A stretch of DNA of 63,478 nucleotides, filler included, from Octopus bimaculoides (lineage: Eukaryota): NCBI RefSeq assembly GCF_001194135.2. It is 4 parts of 4 records of this genome, joined end to end, with 100 filler letters (N's around TTAATTAATTAA, not from the genome) between each part and the next. Parts side by side here need not be neighbours in the genome. Positions count along the whole stretch, not along the records: positions 1 to 31,947 come from NC_068989.1; 3 more parts are not named here. One strand, given 5' to 3'. The notes under the pieces were generated by a model. The model worked only from the letters and a program-made list of their open reading frames with translations. It made no database searches and was not told the DNA's origin. Positions 10,532 through 22,859 of the stretch are shown piece by piece. The position numbers and the translations under genes are program-made. Position 1 is the stretch's first letter. Each line of letters starts with the position of its first letter.

Positions 10532-12940
10532 CAGTAGAACCCCTCTAATTTGGACTTCCTCTAATCTTGGAGTTCCTCTAATCTTGGACTTCCTCTAATC
10601 TTGGACTTCCTCTAATCTTGGACTTCCTCTAATCTTGGACTTTCTCTAATTTGGACTTCCTTTAAACTTGGACTTTTTCATAACTCAAAGTAAATACATA
10701 TATTCGGTGCAGAGTTGCAGTGAGACAATTTAAATAGTCTTAGTCAGGTATTGTAATGAAATACTAATCTAGATATTGTGTAATTGATGTAGATTAACGA
10801 TAATTCCTCACTGACTGTATATTCTATTTCTTTTCAGACTACCTTATTGTATTAGAAATAGTGTAAAGCAACCCTCATCACAATGGCATATAATTTTAAA
10901 AGAAAACAAGTTACACTAACATTACTCGAAAAGCGTCAAATTCTAGAAAAATTAGATACAGGACTTGCAAATAGTGATATAGTGAAAGATTATAAGATTG
11001 GAAGGGGCACACTGTTCTACATCAAAAAGAACAGGTAGGAAATATTGAATGCTGCTTCTCTCTCTGAGTATAAAAGAAGAAAGACCCTTCATGGACCAAA
11101 GCAATTTGAATTCGATAAAATATTACATGAATGGTTTTTATCGAAGCGAAATGAAGCTATAGCACTATCGGGACCAATGCTAATTACTAAAGCAAAGACT
11201 CTTAAGAAAGAGTTGAATATCACCAGGGATATGAAATTCAGCCAAGGCTGGCTTAGGAGTTTTAAGAGTAGACATAGCATAAGGCAATTAACAATTTCAG
11301 GTGAACAACATTCAGCTGATACGCTCCCAGCGTCAACTTATTGTGAAATTTTAGAAAAATAATTGAGGACTATGCTTTAACACCAGATAATATTTACAAT
11401 GCTGATGAAACTGATATAAATTGGAAGTGCTTACTCACAAAAACTTTAGCTGGATAAGAGAAGCAGAAAATTAAGGATTCAAATTAAATAAAGAGAGACT
11501 TACAGTGATGGTATGTGCTAATGCTTCTGGAACTCACTAACTTAAGCTTTTTGTCATTGGTAAATCTAAGTGTCCCCGAGCATTGAAAGGAGTTTCACCT
11601 TTACCAGGATCATAATTATTCATCCAAAAAAAAAAAAAACAAGGAAAAAAGACCAAAAAAAACAATGGATGTATCAGCACTTGTTCATACAAGAATTTGT
11701 GCCAGCTGTACAAAAAGCGCTCTCACGAATTAGGTAAATCTGATTCAAAGTGCCTACTGCTATGAGACAATTGTAGAGCACATCCTCACGAGACAAAATG
11801 AGTGTCATCGTGCGGGGATGTTTTTGCGTGCTACTTACCACCGAATGTGACATCTCACACAATCTATGGACCAAGGGATTATTTGGAACTTAAAATGTTT
11901 CTACAGAAATGATTTCACGATGAATATGATAAATAGCAATGTTAGTATAGGCAATTTCCAGCACAATTTTACCATCANNNNNNNNNNNNNNNNNNNNNNN
12001 NNNNNNNNNNNNNNNNNNNNNNNNNNNNNNNNNNNNNNNNNNNNNNNNNNNNNNNNNNNNNNNNNNNNNNNNNNNNNNNCAAGAGCATGAAACTAGGTTC
12101 GAGCAGGCACATTAACAAAAGCTGGGGAAGATTATGCCCAGCGTCTAACGCTCCTGAAGTGAAAGAAGCAAAGAATGAATCTGGAGTACAAAATATTCTT
12201 GAAACTACACGATTTCCAACCAAACACTGTTCTTCAGTCACTTGATGCAAATGAAATTGAAATTGGGGGTGCGACAAAATGAAGAAACCACTGAACAATG
12301 GTCCTGAAGAAAATAATAGTCATGAAATTAGCGACGACAGCGACAGCTCCCATTCGAGTGAGTCTAATGTAAATAGCCAAGAACATTCTAATGAGGAAAT
12401 ATCATGGGATAATGCAGAAAAGTCTATGGAGAGAGTGATAAAATTTCTGGAAAGAAATCCTTACTTTAGTGACAACTATGTTTTGCAAGCAATATCACTT
12501 CGAAAGGATGTGATCATAAAGAGACTACAGCATCAAGATATAGTGGAGTTTCGTGATCGCTTGAGGAATGCAATGGCAGCCCCCGTGAGTTCGATAAGTG
12601 AAGACAGAAACGAAAGTGAAGAACTCATTCAATGAATGAATAAAAGTATTCTACATAGGTGACTGGTTGTTAAATACAGATAATTTATGTAATAAATACC
12701 TAATAACTAAAATTATTTAATATTAAATTAATTTAAAATTTTATTTTTCCTAGCAATGATATTTAACGATTCTTTAAAATATATAATGTACTCACCTTAA
12801 TATATACATTAAATACTAGCGGGGGTGCCCGGAAATGTAAGAGGAAATATTTTAACACCCTTATGCATTTTCTTCCCGTAATTTGAACAGCGTCCTCTAA
12901 CTTGAACATAGCGCATGTTAAAATTAGAGGAGTTCTACTG
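10532..12940 (+). mobile_element. Tigger/pogo (Jerky-like) DNA transposon, full length, transposase disrupted
   Basis: TIRs CAGTAGAACCCCTCTAATTT / AAATTAGAGGAGTTCTACTG with TA on both sides; ATG 10883 MAYNFKRKQVTLTLLEKRQIL (psq HTH), CENP-B HTH (FSQGWLRSFKSRH), DDE pieces (NADET, PMDQGII); stops and frameshifts. Confidence 0.92.
10542..10675 (+). repeat. 8-unit 16-17-bp tandem array (CCTCTAATCTTGGACTT) inside the left end of the Tigger element
   Basis: Units counted by eye. Confidence 0.9.
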
Positions 12941-13304
12941 TATATGTATGCATGTATATATGAATGTATGTATGTTTCTATATTTGTATGTCCGTTTGTA
13001 TGTATGTGTGGGTGTATGCCATCTATATATCTATTATATGTAAGTTTGCATTTGAATGTATATACGTATCTATGGATATTTATGTATATGTACGTATGTA
13101 TGTGTTGGGCTCTTGGTGCGGTGTTCCAAGATTTTGAAGAGTGTGGAACTATCTCTTGCCAATATTGTTCCCATATCTACTCTGACCTGGAGTAATAGCA
13201 CCTTTAAGAGTCCCAGCAATAGGTTAATTAGCATGCGAACCTCTGGGAGTGAAAGAACCTTAGTTCTCGATAAAACTTCCTTGTAGGAGAAGGTAAACTC
13301 ATTT

Positions 13305-13555
13305 ATATCTTTTATCGTTTACTTGTTTCACTTATTAGGCTGCAGCCATGCTGGGACATTGCCTCGAAGGATTTTTTAGACGAAGTTACAGGGATGTAAA
13401 CACTCCGACACCGGTTGACAAGTGGTGGTGGGAGAGTCACATATACGCACACTCGCACACATACACATAACACACACACATACGACAGGCTTCTTTCAGT
13501 TTCCGCCTACTAAATCCACTCACAAGGCTTTGGTCGGTCTGAGGCATAGTAGAAA
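13305..13555 (-). mobile_element. SINE family A copy, partial
   Basis: Reverse-complement match to 1577-1970. Confidence 0.75.
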
Positions 13556-13699
13556 AAATAAGTAGATCCCATCTTTCCTTTGAAAACAAAGTACCAGCTG
13601 TCATTTGTGTGCGAGTGTGGCTTGATAACATCTACCATTCTTTCGTTCATTATTTTAGGAACCTATGTAGTCGCAATTAGGGATAGACAACCTTTCGAG

Positions 13700-13940
13700 A
13701 TCCCACCCAACCTTATATTTGAACATCCAGTATGTAGCAGCCAAAACGGGTGAGACGGCTGCACTAGCACTCAGCTGGTGCTCATTTTCGGCTGAGTGAA
13801 TTGAAGCAATGTGAAATGAAGTAACTTCTCCAAGGACGAAACATTCCATTCGATCAAGGAATTGAACGCTCAATCCTGAAATTGAACCCTCGACTTTATG
13901 ATCTAGAGCCGAATACCTCTAACCGCAAGATTATGCGTTT
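13700..13940 (-). mobile_element. SINE family C copy
   Basis: Reverse complement has a tRNA-like head with duplicated GTTCAATT and the CORE-like block. Confidence 0.6.
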
Positions 13941-14569
13941 TCACTTTGCCTATGAATATTAACAGCAAAAATGACATACAAACATTTGTGAGTCAAAACG
14001 TGGCACAGACCATTTCGCTTTCTATCTTACTTGAGAGAATCTCTTTTAATCTCAGATGCTGACAATAAAACTGCTAGAATTAAAATAGATTTAGAACGGA
14101 TTTCGAAAGAAACTCGTCGTAGCGTGCTTCGTTTCACTCTGAGAAAGAGGTAGACCAGAAGCGACGTAGCTGTCTCTACCACACACGGCATTCAATTTCT
14201 CCGTTCCGCTCAATTTCTCTGTATAACATAATAGTGAATTGTCCCAACTAGAAAATACCATTTTATGCAAATGGTGGAACAAGCAATAACACCTGTTTTC
14301 GAGTTATTATTATTTTTTCTGGCTCACCCGAAAATGGCAGGAAACACGCTGCAATTAGTGAGAGAAAATATGTTTGGGTCGTCTGCTGCTGTGAATTCAT
14401 TATTTAGGTATTACTAATTATATATTAACTCGTAGTAATTATCTATCTTTCTCCCTCTCTCTCTTTCTCTTTCTCTCTCTCTCTCTTTTCTTTTACACTT
14501 TCTTTATTTTCGTCATTCTCCCTCTCCTTCTCTCTGTCTCCCTCTCTCTGTCTCCCTCTCTCCATCTAC

Positions 14570-14607
<38 letters not shown>

Positions 14608-14689
14608 ATTTTAAAAAAATAAATATATATATATATATCAAATTTGGCACAAGACCAGCAATTTTGAGGCAGTGGGAAAGTCAATTCCA

Positions 14690-15654
14690 TCAAACTTGCT
14701 TTTGTACCGTAAATTTTATTTGTAAGTATTCTCATAAAAATATCAAGTGATGTGAGGTCCAGTGAACGTTGAGCGTATTCTACTGAAACTCTCTGTCCAC
14801 TCCAAAACCTTATCAAGATAAGTCCTTACATTAGTATCGGAATGTACGTTTGCACTACCTTGCTGAAAATAAAACTCCGCGTCTTTAAAACCCACTTGAA
14901 TGCTTAGTAAGACAGATAGTTGCAGCAAATTCAAGTAAATGATACCAGTCACACTGCCGTTAAAAAGAATGGTCCAATCAATCTCTTTTGATACAATACT
15001 GTAACTCCTGAAATGAGCATGATGTTCTTCCGTAATATGCAAATCTTCAGATTCCCACTAGACACAATCGTGGCGGTAAATCGAACCATTTAATTCAATA
15101 TGTGGTCTCATCACTTCAGACAAGGTTTGTTGGAAAGCGTGTATCTTCTTCACATCTTGCCAAATACAGTTCCACTATTCGATCCAAATTATCTTCATTG
15201 ACAAATTGGAGAGAGTGAACTATTCTTCAAACGTAAGTTATCCAACAATAGTGCTTCAAAATGTGACGAAAGCTTAATTTTTAAATTCCGTGCCGCCCAG
15301 ATTTTCTTGAAATCTTGCAATGTTTCCAGTACCCTTTTTTGCATAATGGGCGTGTTGGTGTCCATGGTCTTCCAGAACGTTTCATGCGGACATTCTGAAT
15401 AGTCCCATATGGTTCAAATTTACCTCTAATTCGAGTGAAGGAAAACCACGTTGATTGGATTTGTTTGAAAATCCTTCCTAAACTGTTCGTGCACTTAGAC
15501 TAGGTTTTCAAACTTCCAGTAAAACTTTAAGACAAATTTCCTTCCTTCAAAGCTTAGCCTGGCTCCATTCATTATCTCTAATGGGTTAAATCTGAAATGA
15601 AAATAAAACTGAGTTATTGTGTTAAAGAAGGTATACACTTTTTGGGACACCCTG
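14690..15654 (-). mobile_element. Tc1/mariner superfamily remnant, DD41D (rosa/Visitor)-like
   Basis: TIR TA|CAGGGTGTCCCAAAAAG; N-terminus MNGARLSFEGRKFVLKFYWKFEN; core FNGSVTGIIYLNLL...FYFQQ...DLTSLDIF; other end lost. Confidence 0.8.
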
Positions 15655-15807
15655 TATATAAATGTACATACATTTGTATGTATGTATGTATGTATGTATG
15701 TATGTATGTATTTGTATGCATGTATGTATGTATGTAAATATGTATGTATGTAAATATGTATGTATGTACGCATGTTTATTGCATAATTCTATCTATCTAT
15801 CTATCTA

Positions 15808-15856
<49 letters not shown>

Positions 15857-16156
15857 ACATACATCCATACATACATACATAGGTATATAATAGATATAAT
15901 ACATGCATATATATATATATATGTGTGTGTGTGNNNNNNNNNNNNNNNNNNNNNNNNNNNNNNNNNNNNNNNNNNNNNNNNNNNNNNNNNNNNNNNNNNN
16001 NNNNNNNNNNNNNNNNNNNNNNNNNNNNNNNNNNNNNNNNNNNNNNNNNNNNNNNNNNNNNNNNNNNNNNNNNNNNNNNNNNNNNNNNNNNNNNNNNNNN
16101 NNNNNNNNNNNNNNNNNNNNNNNNNNNNNNNNNNNNNNNNNNNNNNNNNNNNNNNN

Positions 16157-16207
<51 letters not shown>

Positions 16208-16236
16208 GTGTGTGTGTATTTGTTTGTGTGTGTGTA

Positions 16237-16424
16237 TTTGTCCTCACAACATCGCTTGATAACCGATGGTGGTGTGTTTACGTCCCCGTAACTTAGCGGT
16301 TCGGCAAAATAGACCGATAGAATAAGTACTAGGCTTACAAACAATCAGTCCTGGGGTCGATCTGCTCGACTGAAGGTGGTGCTCCAGCATGGCCGCAGTC
16401 AAATGATTGAAACAAGTAAAAGAG
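16237..16424 (+). mobile_element. SINE family A body and tail
   Basis: Matches 1790-1970. Confidence 0.85.
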
Positions 16425-16806
16425 TATGTACACACACACACACATATACATATATATATATATGGAACAAATTTGTTAATGACTCATGGCTAATGTGAAA
16501 GCTAAGTTAATCACTGCGAGTGCGCTAAGTTATCAAAAGCAACATTAAATAACAAGGAAACAAAAAAGAACAGTTAAAAAAAAAACCCTTAAAAAACAAA
16601 ACAAACAAAAAACAAAAAAGAAAACACCAGCCAAGATTCCGGTCGATAGAGTGAGAGACCAAATAAGAAACGTGATTCCATAAAATCAGAATTAGTTTTT
16701 TAAAGTTATCTTCAATGTTGCTAGCACTGGCTAAAAAAGATATTGAATTTCGTATTTGTGAAAATCCGGCGATAATTCTTATCCGCAGATAATTGCTAAT
16801 ACATTT

Positions 16807-16807
<1 letters not shown>

Positions 16808-16853
<46 letters not shown>

Positions 16854-17040
16854 CGTAGTAGTAGTATGTGGTGGTAGTGGATGTGTGATGCCGATGTTGA
16901 TGTTTATGTGGTAGTAGTAGCGGTAGTCGTGATGGTGGTGATTATATGTTGTTGTTGTTCGTGGTTGTCTGGTGATAGTGGTGGTAGTAGTGGTTGCGTG
17001 GTAGTGGTGGTGGTTAAGTGGTGGTAGTGGGGTTGGCGGC
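16808..17040. repeat. (TAG)n / (GTG)-rich low-complexity tract
   Basis: Read directly from the sequence. Confidence 0.9.
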
Positions 17041-17108
17041 TGATGTTAAGGTTAATACAAAAATTAAAAACAGCAGGTGAATAACAAGATATATCAACTT
17101 GATGATTC

Positions 17109-17163
<55 letters not shown>

Positions 17164-17201
17164 TTATATATTTATACACGTCTGTGTATATATATATATA
17201 T

Positions 17202-17402
17202 AGGCGCAGGAGTGGCTGTGTGGTAAGTAGCTTGCTTACCAGCCACATGGTTCCGGGTTCAGTCCTACTTTGTATGTGTGTGTATTCGTGTGTGTGTGTG
17301 TTTGTCCCCCCACCATCGCTTGACAACCGATGCTGGTGTGTTTACGTTACATAACCAAGGGGTTTGGCGAAAGAGACCGATAGAATAAGTACTAGGCTTA
17401 CA
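17202..17402 (+). mobile_element. SINE family A, internally deleted
   Basis: Head GGAGTGGCTGTGTGGTAAG joined to a partial body. Confidence 0.8.
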
Positions 17403-17463
17403 AGGAATATATACACACATGCATACAGACATACACACATACATATATACATACATACATATG

Positions 17464-17791
17464 CATATATGGGTACAGGAGTCACAAACAGTGCAAATAA
17501 CATACACAAGAGATAAATACAAGACGTGGAGAGTAATTACAGGACAAAAACGTAAACAACGAGAAAAAATGGAAGACAGGACAAATTAACACAGGAAAAG
17601 GACCCTTCATCAGTTTTCGGCTGCCTTGATGACGGGTCCTTTTTCTGTGTTAACTTGTCCTGTTTTCCTTTTTTTTCCTCGTTGATTACGTATTTCACTC
17701 GTTTTTGTCTTGTAATTACTGTCCACGTTTTGTATCTATTTCTCGTGTGTATGTTATTTGCACCTTTCGTGACACCTTGTACCCATATATG
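17464..17791. repeat. Imperfect long inverted repeat (about 150-165-bp arms, 14-nt loop)
   Basis: CATATATGGGTAC...GGACCCTTCATCA (17464-17612) versus TGATGACGGGTCC...GTACCCATATATG (17627-17791). Confidence 0.85.
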
Positions 17792-17997
17792 GGTACAATC
17801 ATTGGTCGGTTCGATCAAAGTAGAGATGAATTCAAACAACAACAACAACAACAACCACCTCTACTACAACAGTAACACAAATACTCATACACATGTCGAC
17901 ATAGATAAATCTCTTCATATTATGTGAGTTGAATGCTATTATCTTCTCCTTACACGTCGCTACCAAATGTCAGCTATTACATTTAATCCACTGATAT

Positions 17998-18125
17998 TAA
18001 TCAGCGAGCTGGCTGAATCGTTAAAACGTCGGACAAACCTCCTTGCAGTATTTCTTCTGATTCTTTTTGTACTAAGTTGAAATCCTGCCGAGGTCATCTT
18101 TGCCTTTCATCTCTCTGGACGAAAA
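17998..18125 (+). mobile_element. SINE family B, decayed
   Basis: CAGCGAGCTGGCTGAATCG...CTTTGCCTTTCATC. Confidence 0.65.
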
Positions 18126-19711
18126 AACATGTCCATACGTGTTATAATCTTCATATAAATATAGCAGTAAATTTGTTTTTTTGCGATGTATTTATATTAG
18201 ATATGATACTGGCTGTTTAAACCTAATACTGCTTCTGTTGCATATAAGGGATTTTTATTCAACGGGGCGGCTATTTGCAATACCAGTGATTGTTCATTCA
18301 CTGTTTTCCTATATCAGTAGCGACAGATCTTATCTTAGCATGCAGTTGGTTGTGAGTAAAAGCTGTTGACAACGCCCGACGAGGGAAAACTGGAAATCTA
18401 ACATTCTCACTGGTCGCTGCTGTACGATTTTCGCCTGATTCTAATGTGAATTGTGGATAGCATGTCCATAAGAAATATTCACTCCGGACGAGCACCTCAG
18501 TAAATTTGCTTTTTCGCAATGTATTTACAATAAGTATGATACAATCTAAATCAACAGGAAGAATGAAACTCAAACATTCAAATATGCCACCTGGAAAATA
18601 CGTTATATTTGTCGCTATTTACTAAAGGGACAATAAGTTATTTTGATGACTATACATCTCATCACCAATTGTTCAACTAAATAGCGTGACCTTTTCACCC
18701 GTACCTTATATTCCTCGAAGTAATTTGTGGTAAATATTACATTTTTTCTTTATGCGATAAACCTGAGGTCCATTCTATTATTCATTGTGTAATTCTTATA
18801 ACCATAGATTCATAACACCAGCTACCAGCTGAATCATTCTGCCCTATCCTTGATAGAATATTTCACACGGAGGAACTAGACTCGTATGCGTGAGTTATCC
18901 ATATTGCTCCTGTTATGTATTATAGCGTCCCAACTTCGTACAATCAACCAATAGACCACGCTGAAAGTATTTTCACTACATTTCCATGACTGTTTATTAC
19001 TTCTCAGTAACAGCACACACACACACACACACACACACATCTATCTATCTATCTATCTATCCATAAATGAGGATGATTAGTAACAAAAGTGAAAGTAGTA
19101 CTAGATGTCATCAGTGCATGAGATCCACTCCCCCATTCTGCCAAAGAGGGGAAAATAAAACCCTAAATAACATCACTGTTGTACATTTTGGACGGAGAAT
19201 ACCAAGGTAGATATGCCTAAGACATTTTATTAAGATTTGACAGTGAATATGAAAAAGAAAAGGATACAGAAACAAAACAATGAGGATTTGTGTATCTGTG
19301 GTGACTCCACCCGATCACATAATGCCAAATATTATGCTTGCACAGACTCCTGCCCACTAATTGCCTTGGAGGTGACTATTTACGAAGGGTCGACATCGTT
19401 ACTGAAGTCACTAATGGTGCCCCTTCTGTTCCTTCTTTCCAAATACTATGAAGCAACATGTGGGTGGGTGTGTCACGCTTTGGACACATCCTCTGTTTTA
19501 AAGATGACACGTGCAATGCTACATTTCCATCAGCTCTCAATTAAGGAGAATTCACTGAAAAGAGATTAAACGGGACGAAGACAGCCTTCGTTTCCTTGGC
19601 AAAGCACAGGTGAATCACTTTCCATTTGTGCACCGCAATGATAGATTGTTGCAGACTACCGCCTCAGTAATATTTTCCATATTAAGGTTGTTTTTATTTA
19701 AATTTATTCTT

Positions 19712-19915
19712 TTATTTACTTGTTTCAGGCATTTGACTGCGGCTATGCTGGAGCACCGCCTTTAGTGGAACAAGCTGAACCCAGGACTTATTTTTTGTAA
19801 GCCTAATCCTTATTTTATCAGGTCTCTTTTTGCCGAACCGCTAATTGAAGGGGACATAAACACACTAACATCGGTTGTCAAGCGATGATGGAGGGACTGA
19901 CACAGACGCAAATAA
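19712..19915 (-). mobile_element. SINE family A tail and body
   Basis: TTTACTTGTTTCAGGCATTTGACTGCGGC... Confidence 0.8.
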
Positions 19916-20884
19916 CAAATACATACATACATACATANNNNNNNNNNNNNNNNNNNNNNNNNNNNNNNNNNNNNNNNNNNNNNNNNNNNNNNNNNNNNNN
20001 NNNNNNNNNNNNNNNNNNNNNNNNNNNNNNNNNNNNNNNNNNNNNNNNNNNNNNNNNNNNNNNNNNNNNNNNNNNNNNNNNNNNNNNNNNNNNNNNNNNN
20101 NNNNNNNNNNNNNNNNNNNNNNNNNNNNNNNNNNNNNNNNNNNNNNNNNNNNNNNNNNNNNNNNNNNNNNNNNNNNNNNNNNNNNNNNNNNNNNNNNNNN
20201 NNNNNNNNNNNNNNNNNNNNNNNNNNNNNNNNNNNNNNNNNNNNNNNNNNNNNNNNNNNNNNNNNNNNNNNNNNNNNNNNNNNNNNNNNNNNNNNNNNNN
20301 NNNNNNNNNNNNNNNNNNNNNNNNNNNNNNNNNNNNNNNNNNNNNNNNNNNNNNNNNNNNNNNNNNNNNNNNNNNNNNNNNNNNNNNNNNNNNNNNNNNN
20401 NNNNNNNNNNNNNNNNNNNNNNNNNNNNNNNNNNNNNNNNNNNNNNNNNNNNNNNNNNNNNNNNNNNNNNNNNNNNNNNNNNNNNNNNNNNNNNNNNNNN
20501 NNNNNNNNNNNNNNNNNNNNNNNNNNNNNNNNNNNNNNNNNNNNNNNNNNNNNNNNNNNNNNNNNNNNNNNNNNNNNNNNNNNNNNNNNNNNNNNNNNNN
20601 NNNNNNNNNNNNNNNNNNNNNNNNNNNNNNNNNNNNNNNNNNNNNNNNNNNNNNNNNNNNNNNNNNNNNNNNNNNNNNNNNNNNNNNNNNNNNNNNNNNN
20701 NNNNNNAAAACCGGTTAGATCAATCCTTAGCAAACCATTGGTACTATTCTATGGGACCCAGAATGAAAAAATGCACAGTCAACCTCGGTAATATTTGAAC
20801 TTCGATTGCAGATTAACGCTAGAAAATATGACAGGTCATTTTTACCGATACTTACCGATTCTGCCAACCCACTAGAAATAATGG

Positions 20885-21443
20885 TCGCAAATTTTGGCAC
20901 AAGACCATGAATTTTTGTGGAAGGAGGATAATCGATTATATCGATCCCATTGCTCAGCTAGTACTTATTTTAGCTATCCTCGAAAGAGATGGAAAGCAAA
21001 GTTGATCTCGACGGAATTTGAAAGCACCACGTAAAGACGGATGAAATTTTTGCACAAGGCCAGCAAGTGCGGGTAAGCGAAGAAAGTCAGCTGCATCGAC
21101 CTCAGTACTTATTTTATCAACTCCGAAAGGATGAAGGGCAAAGCCAACCTCGGTGGAATTTGAACTCAGAACGTAAGGACGGAGGAAATGTCGCTAAGCA
21201 TTTTGCTCGGCGTTTTAACGATTCCACCAGCTCGCTGCCCTAATATTAGTTTCAAATTTTGGAACAAGGCCAGCAATTTCGGTGGAGAAGGTAAGTCGAT
21301 TACATCAACCCAAGTGCTCAAATGATACTTTTTCATCGACCCTCAAAAGGATGTAAGACAAAGTTGGCCTTACCAGAATTTGAACTCAGAACGTAATGAT
21401 GAACGAAATGCCCGGTGTGTTAAGGATTCTACCAGCTTGCCTT
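20885..21443 (-). mobile_element. Three head-to-tail SINE family B copies
   Basis: Approx. 20885-21040, 21046-21243, 21248-21443; each has the TTTTGGCAC/GAACAAG end. Confidence 0.75.
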
Positions 21444-21742
21444 TAATCCACTAATAATGATAATAAGTCATAGTGCTAATGATGACCTTTATATTGCCAC
21501 AAAGCCACAATGTTTTCTCATTTGGTTGGATTACAAACAACTGAATAGTTCCAGTTTTTCAGTCCTTTTTTTGTAGGTGCAGCGTGAAATATTCGTAGCC
21601 ATCTTTTGTATATAGGTGACGTGTAAGGAAACTATAAACTGTGTCCAACAATAAAATTCCTTTTTTTCGTTTGTCGACATTTGTTTCGGGCGGCTCCAAA
21701 CATTATAAAGTTATCTGCACGCTAATGTATTCATTTCATTCT

Positions 21743-22338
21743 TAAAGCAGCGAGCTGGCAGAAACATTACCCTGCCGGGCGAAATGCTTAGCAGTATTTC
21801 GTCTGCCGTTACGTTCTGAGTTCAAATTCCGCCGAGGTCCACTTTGCCTATCATCCTTTCGGGGTCGATAAATTAAGTACCAGTTATGCACTAGGGTCGA
21901 TGTAATCGACTTAATCCCTTTGTCTGTTCTTGTTTGTCCCCTCTATGTTTAGCCCCTTGTGGGCAATAAAGAAATAAGAAACGTTAGCACACCGGGCGAA
22001 ATGCTTAGTGGTATTTCGTCTGTCTTTACGTTCTGAATTCAAATTCATCTGAGGTTGACTTTGCCGTTCATCCTTTCGGAGGTCGATAAATTATGTAGCA
22101 GTTGCGTATTAGGGTCGATCTAATCGACTGGCCCCCTCCTCCAAAATTTCGGGCCTTGTGCCTAGAGTAGATAAGAATAGTTAACACGCCCGGAGAATTG
22201 CTTTGCGGCTTTTCATCTGTCTTTACGTTCTGAGTTCAAATTCCGTCGAGGTCAACTTTACCATTTATCCTTGCGGGGTCGATGTGATCGACTTACATCT
22301 TCCCCAAAATTGCTGGCTTGTGTCAAAATCTGAAACCA
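21743..22338 (+). mobile_element. Three head-to-tail SINE family B copies
   Basis: Approx. 21743-21975, 21976-22170, 22175-22338; repeated GTTCTGAGTTCAAATTC and CCTTTCGGGGTCGAT. Confidence 0.85.
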
Positions 22339-22360
22339 ATGTATTATTCCGTTCTTCCCT

Positions 22361-22431
22361 GCCTTCATTAGGTGTCTTGGGGAAATTTCGAACCTGAGTT
22401 CTCATTCCTAAGGAATTTTTCGATGTTGTTG

Positions 22432-22510
<79 letters not shown>

Positions 22511-22541
22511 CATTCAAGTCACTGCCTGGAATCGAACTCGG
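22361..22541 (-). mobile_element. Inverted partial copy of SINE family D
   Basis: Reverse complement of 22588-22717, including the (AAT)n tract. Confidence 0.85.
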
Positions 22542-22800
22542 GCATATGGCGTAGTGGTTAAGAGCGCGGGCTACTAACCCCAAGATTCCGAGTTCGATTC
22601 CAGGCAGTGACCAGAATAATAATAATAATAATAATAACAACAATCATAATAACATCGAAAAATACCTTAGGAATGAGAACCCAGATTCGAAATTTCTCCA
22701 AGACACCTGATAACGTCTGGAGGGTATGTCAGCCAAAACGTTGTGTTAACAACAAATAACATGAGGACAAATATCCGTCAAATGTAAATGATGTAAATGC
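22540..22800 (+). mobile_element. tRNA-headed SINE family D with a decayed hammerhead motif in its 3' half
   Basis: A box TGGCGTAGTGG, B box GTTCGATTCC, (AAT)n, then GACAC-CTGATAA-C-GTCTG-N10-CAGCC-AAA-ACGT-T-GTGTT at 22702-22747; 3' end ATGTAAATGATGTAAATG. Confidence 0.8.
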
Positions 22801-22859
22801 GATAAAATAGATTAATATCGGCATTATGAAACAAAAGGATTTTTCTAGAAACTTTTTCA

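Noticed and set aside
10542-10675. CRISPR-like array
   Set aside because: Contiguous 17-bp units with no spacers, inside a eukaryotic transposon end.
19237-19640. 110-aa ORF or GC-richer island as an exon or piggyBac remnant
   Set aside because: Only a vague YYEATCG...LD resemblance; no convincing splice sites or motif.
22540-22612. Functional tRNA gene
   Set aside because: A/B boxes present, but acceptor and anticodon stems pair poorly and it continues into a SINE body.
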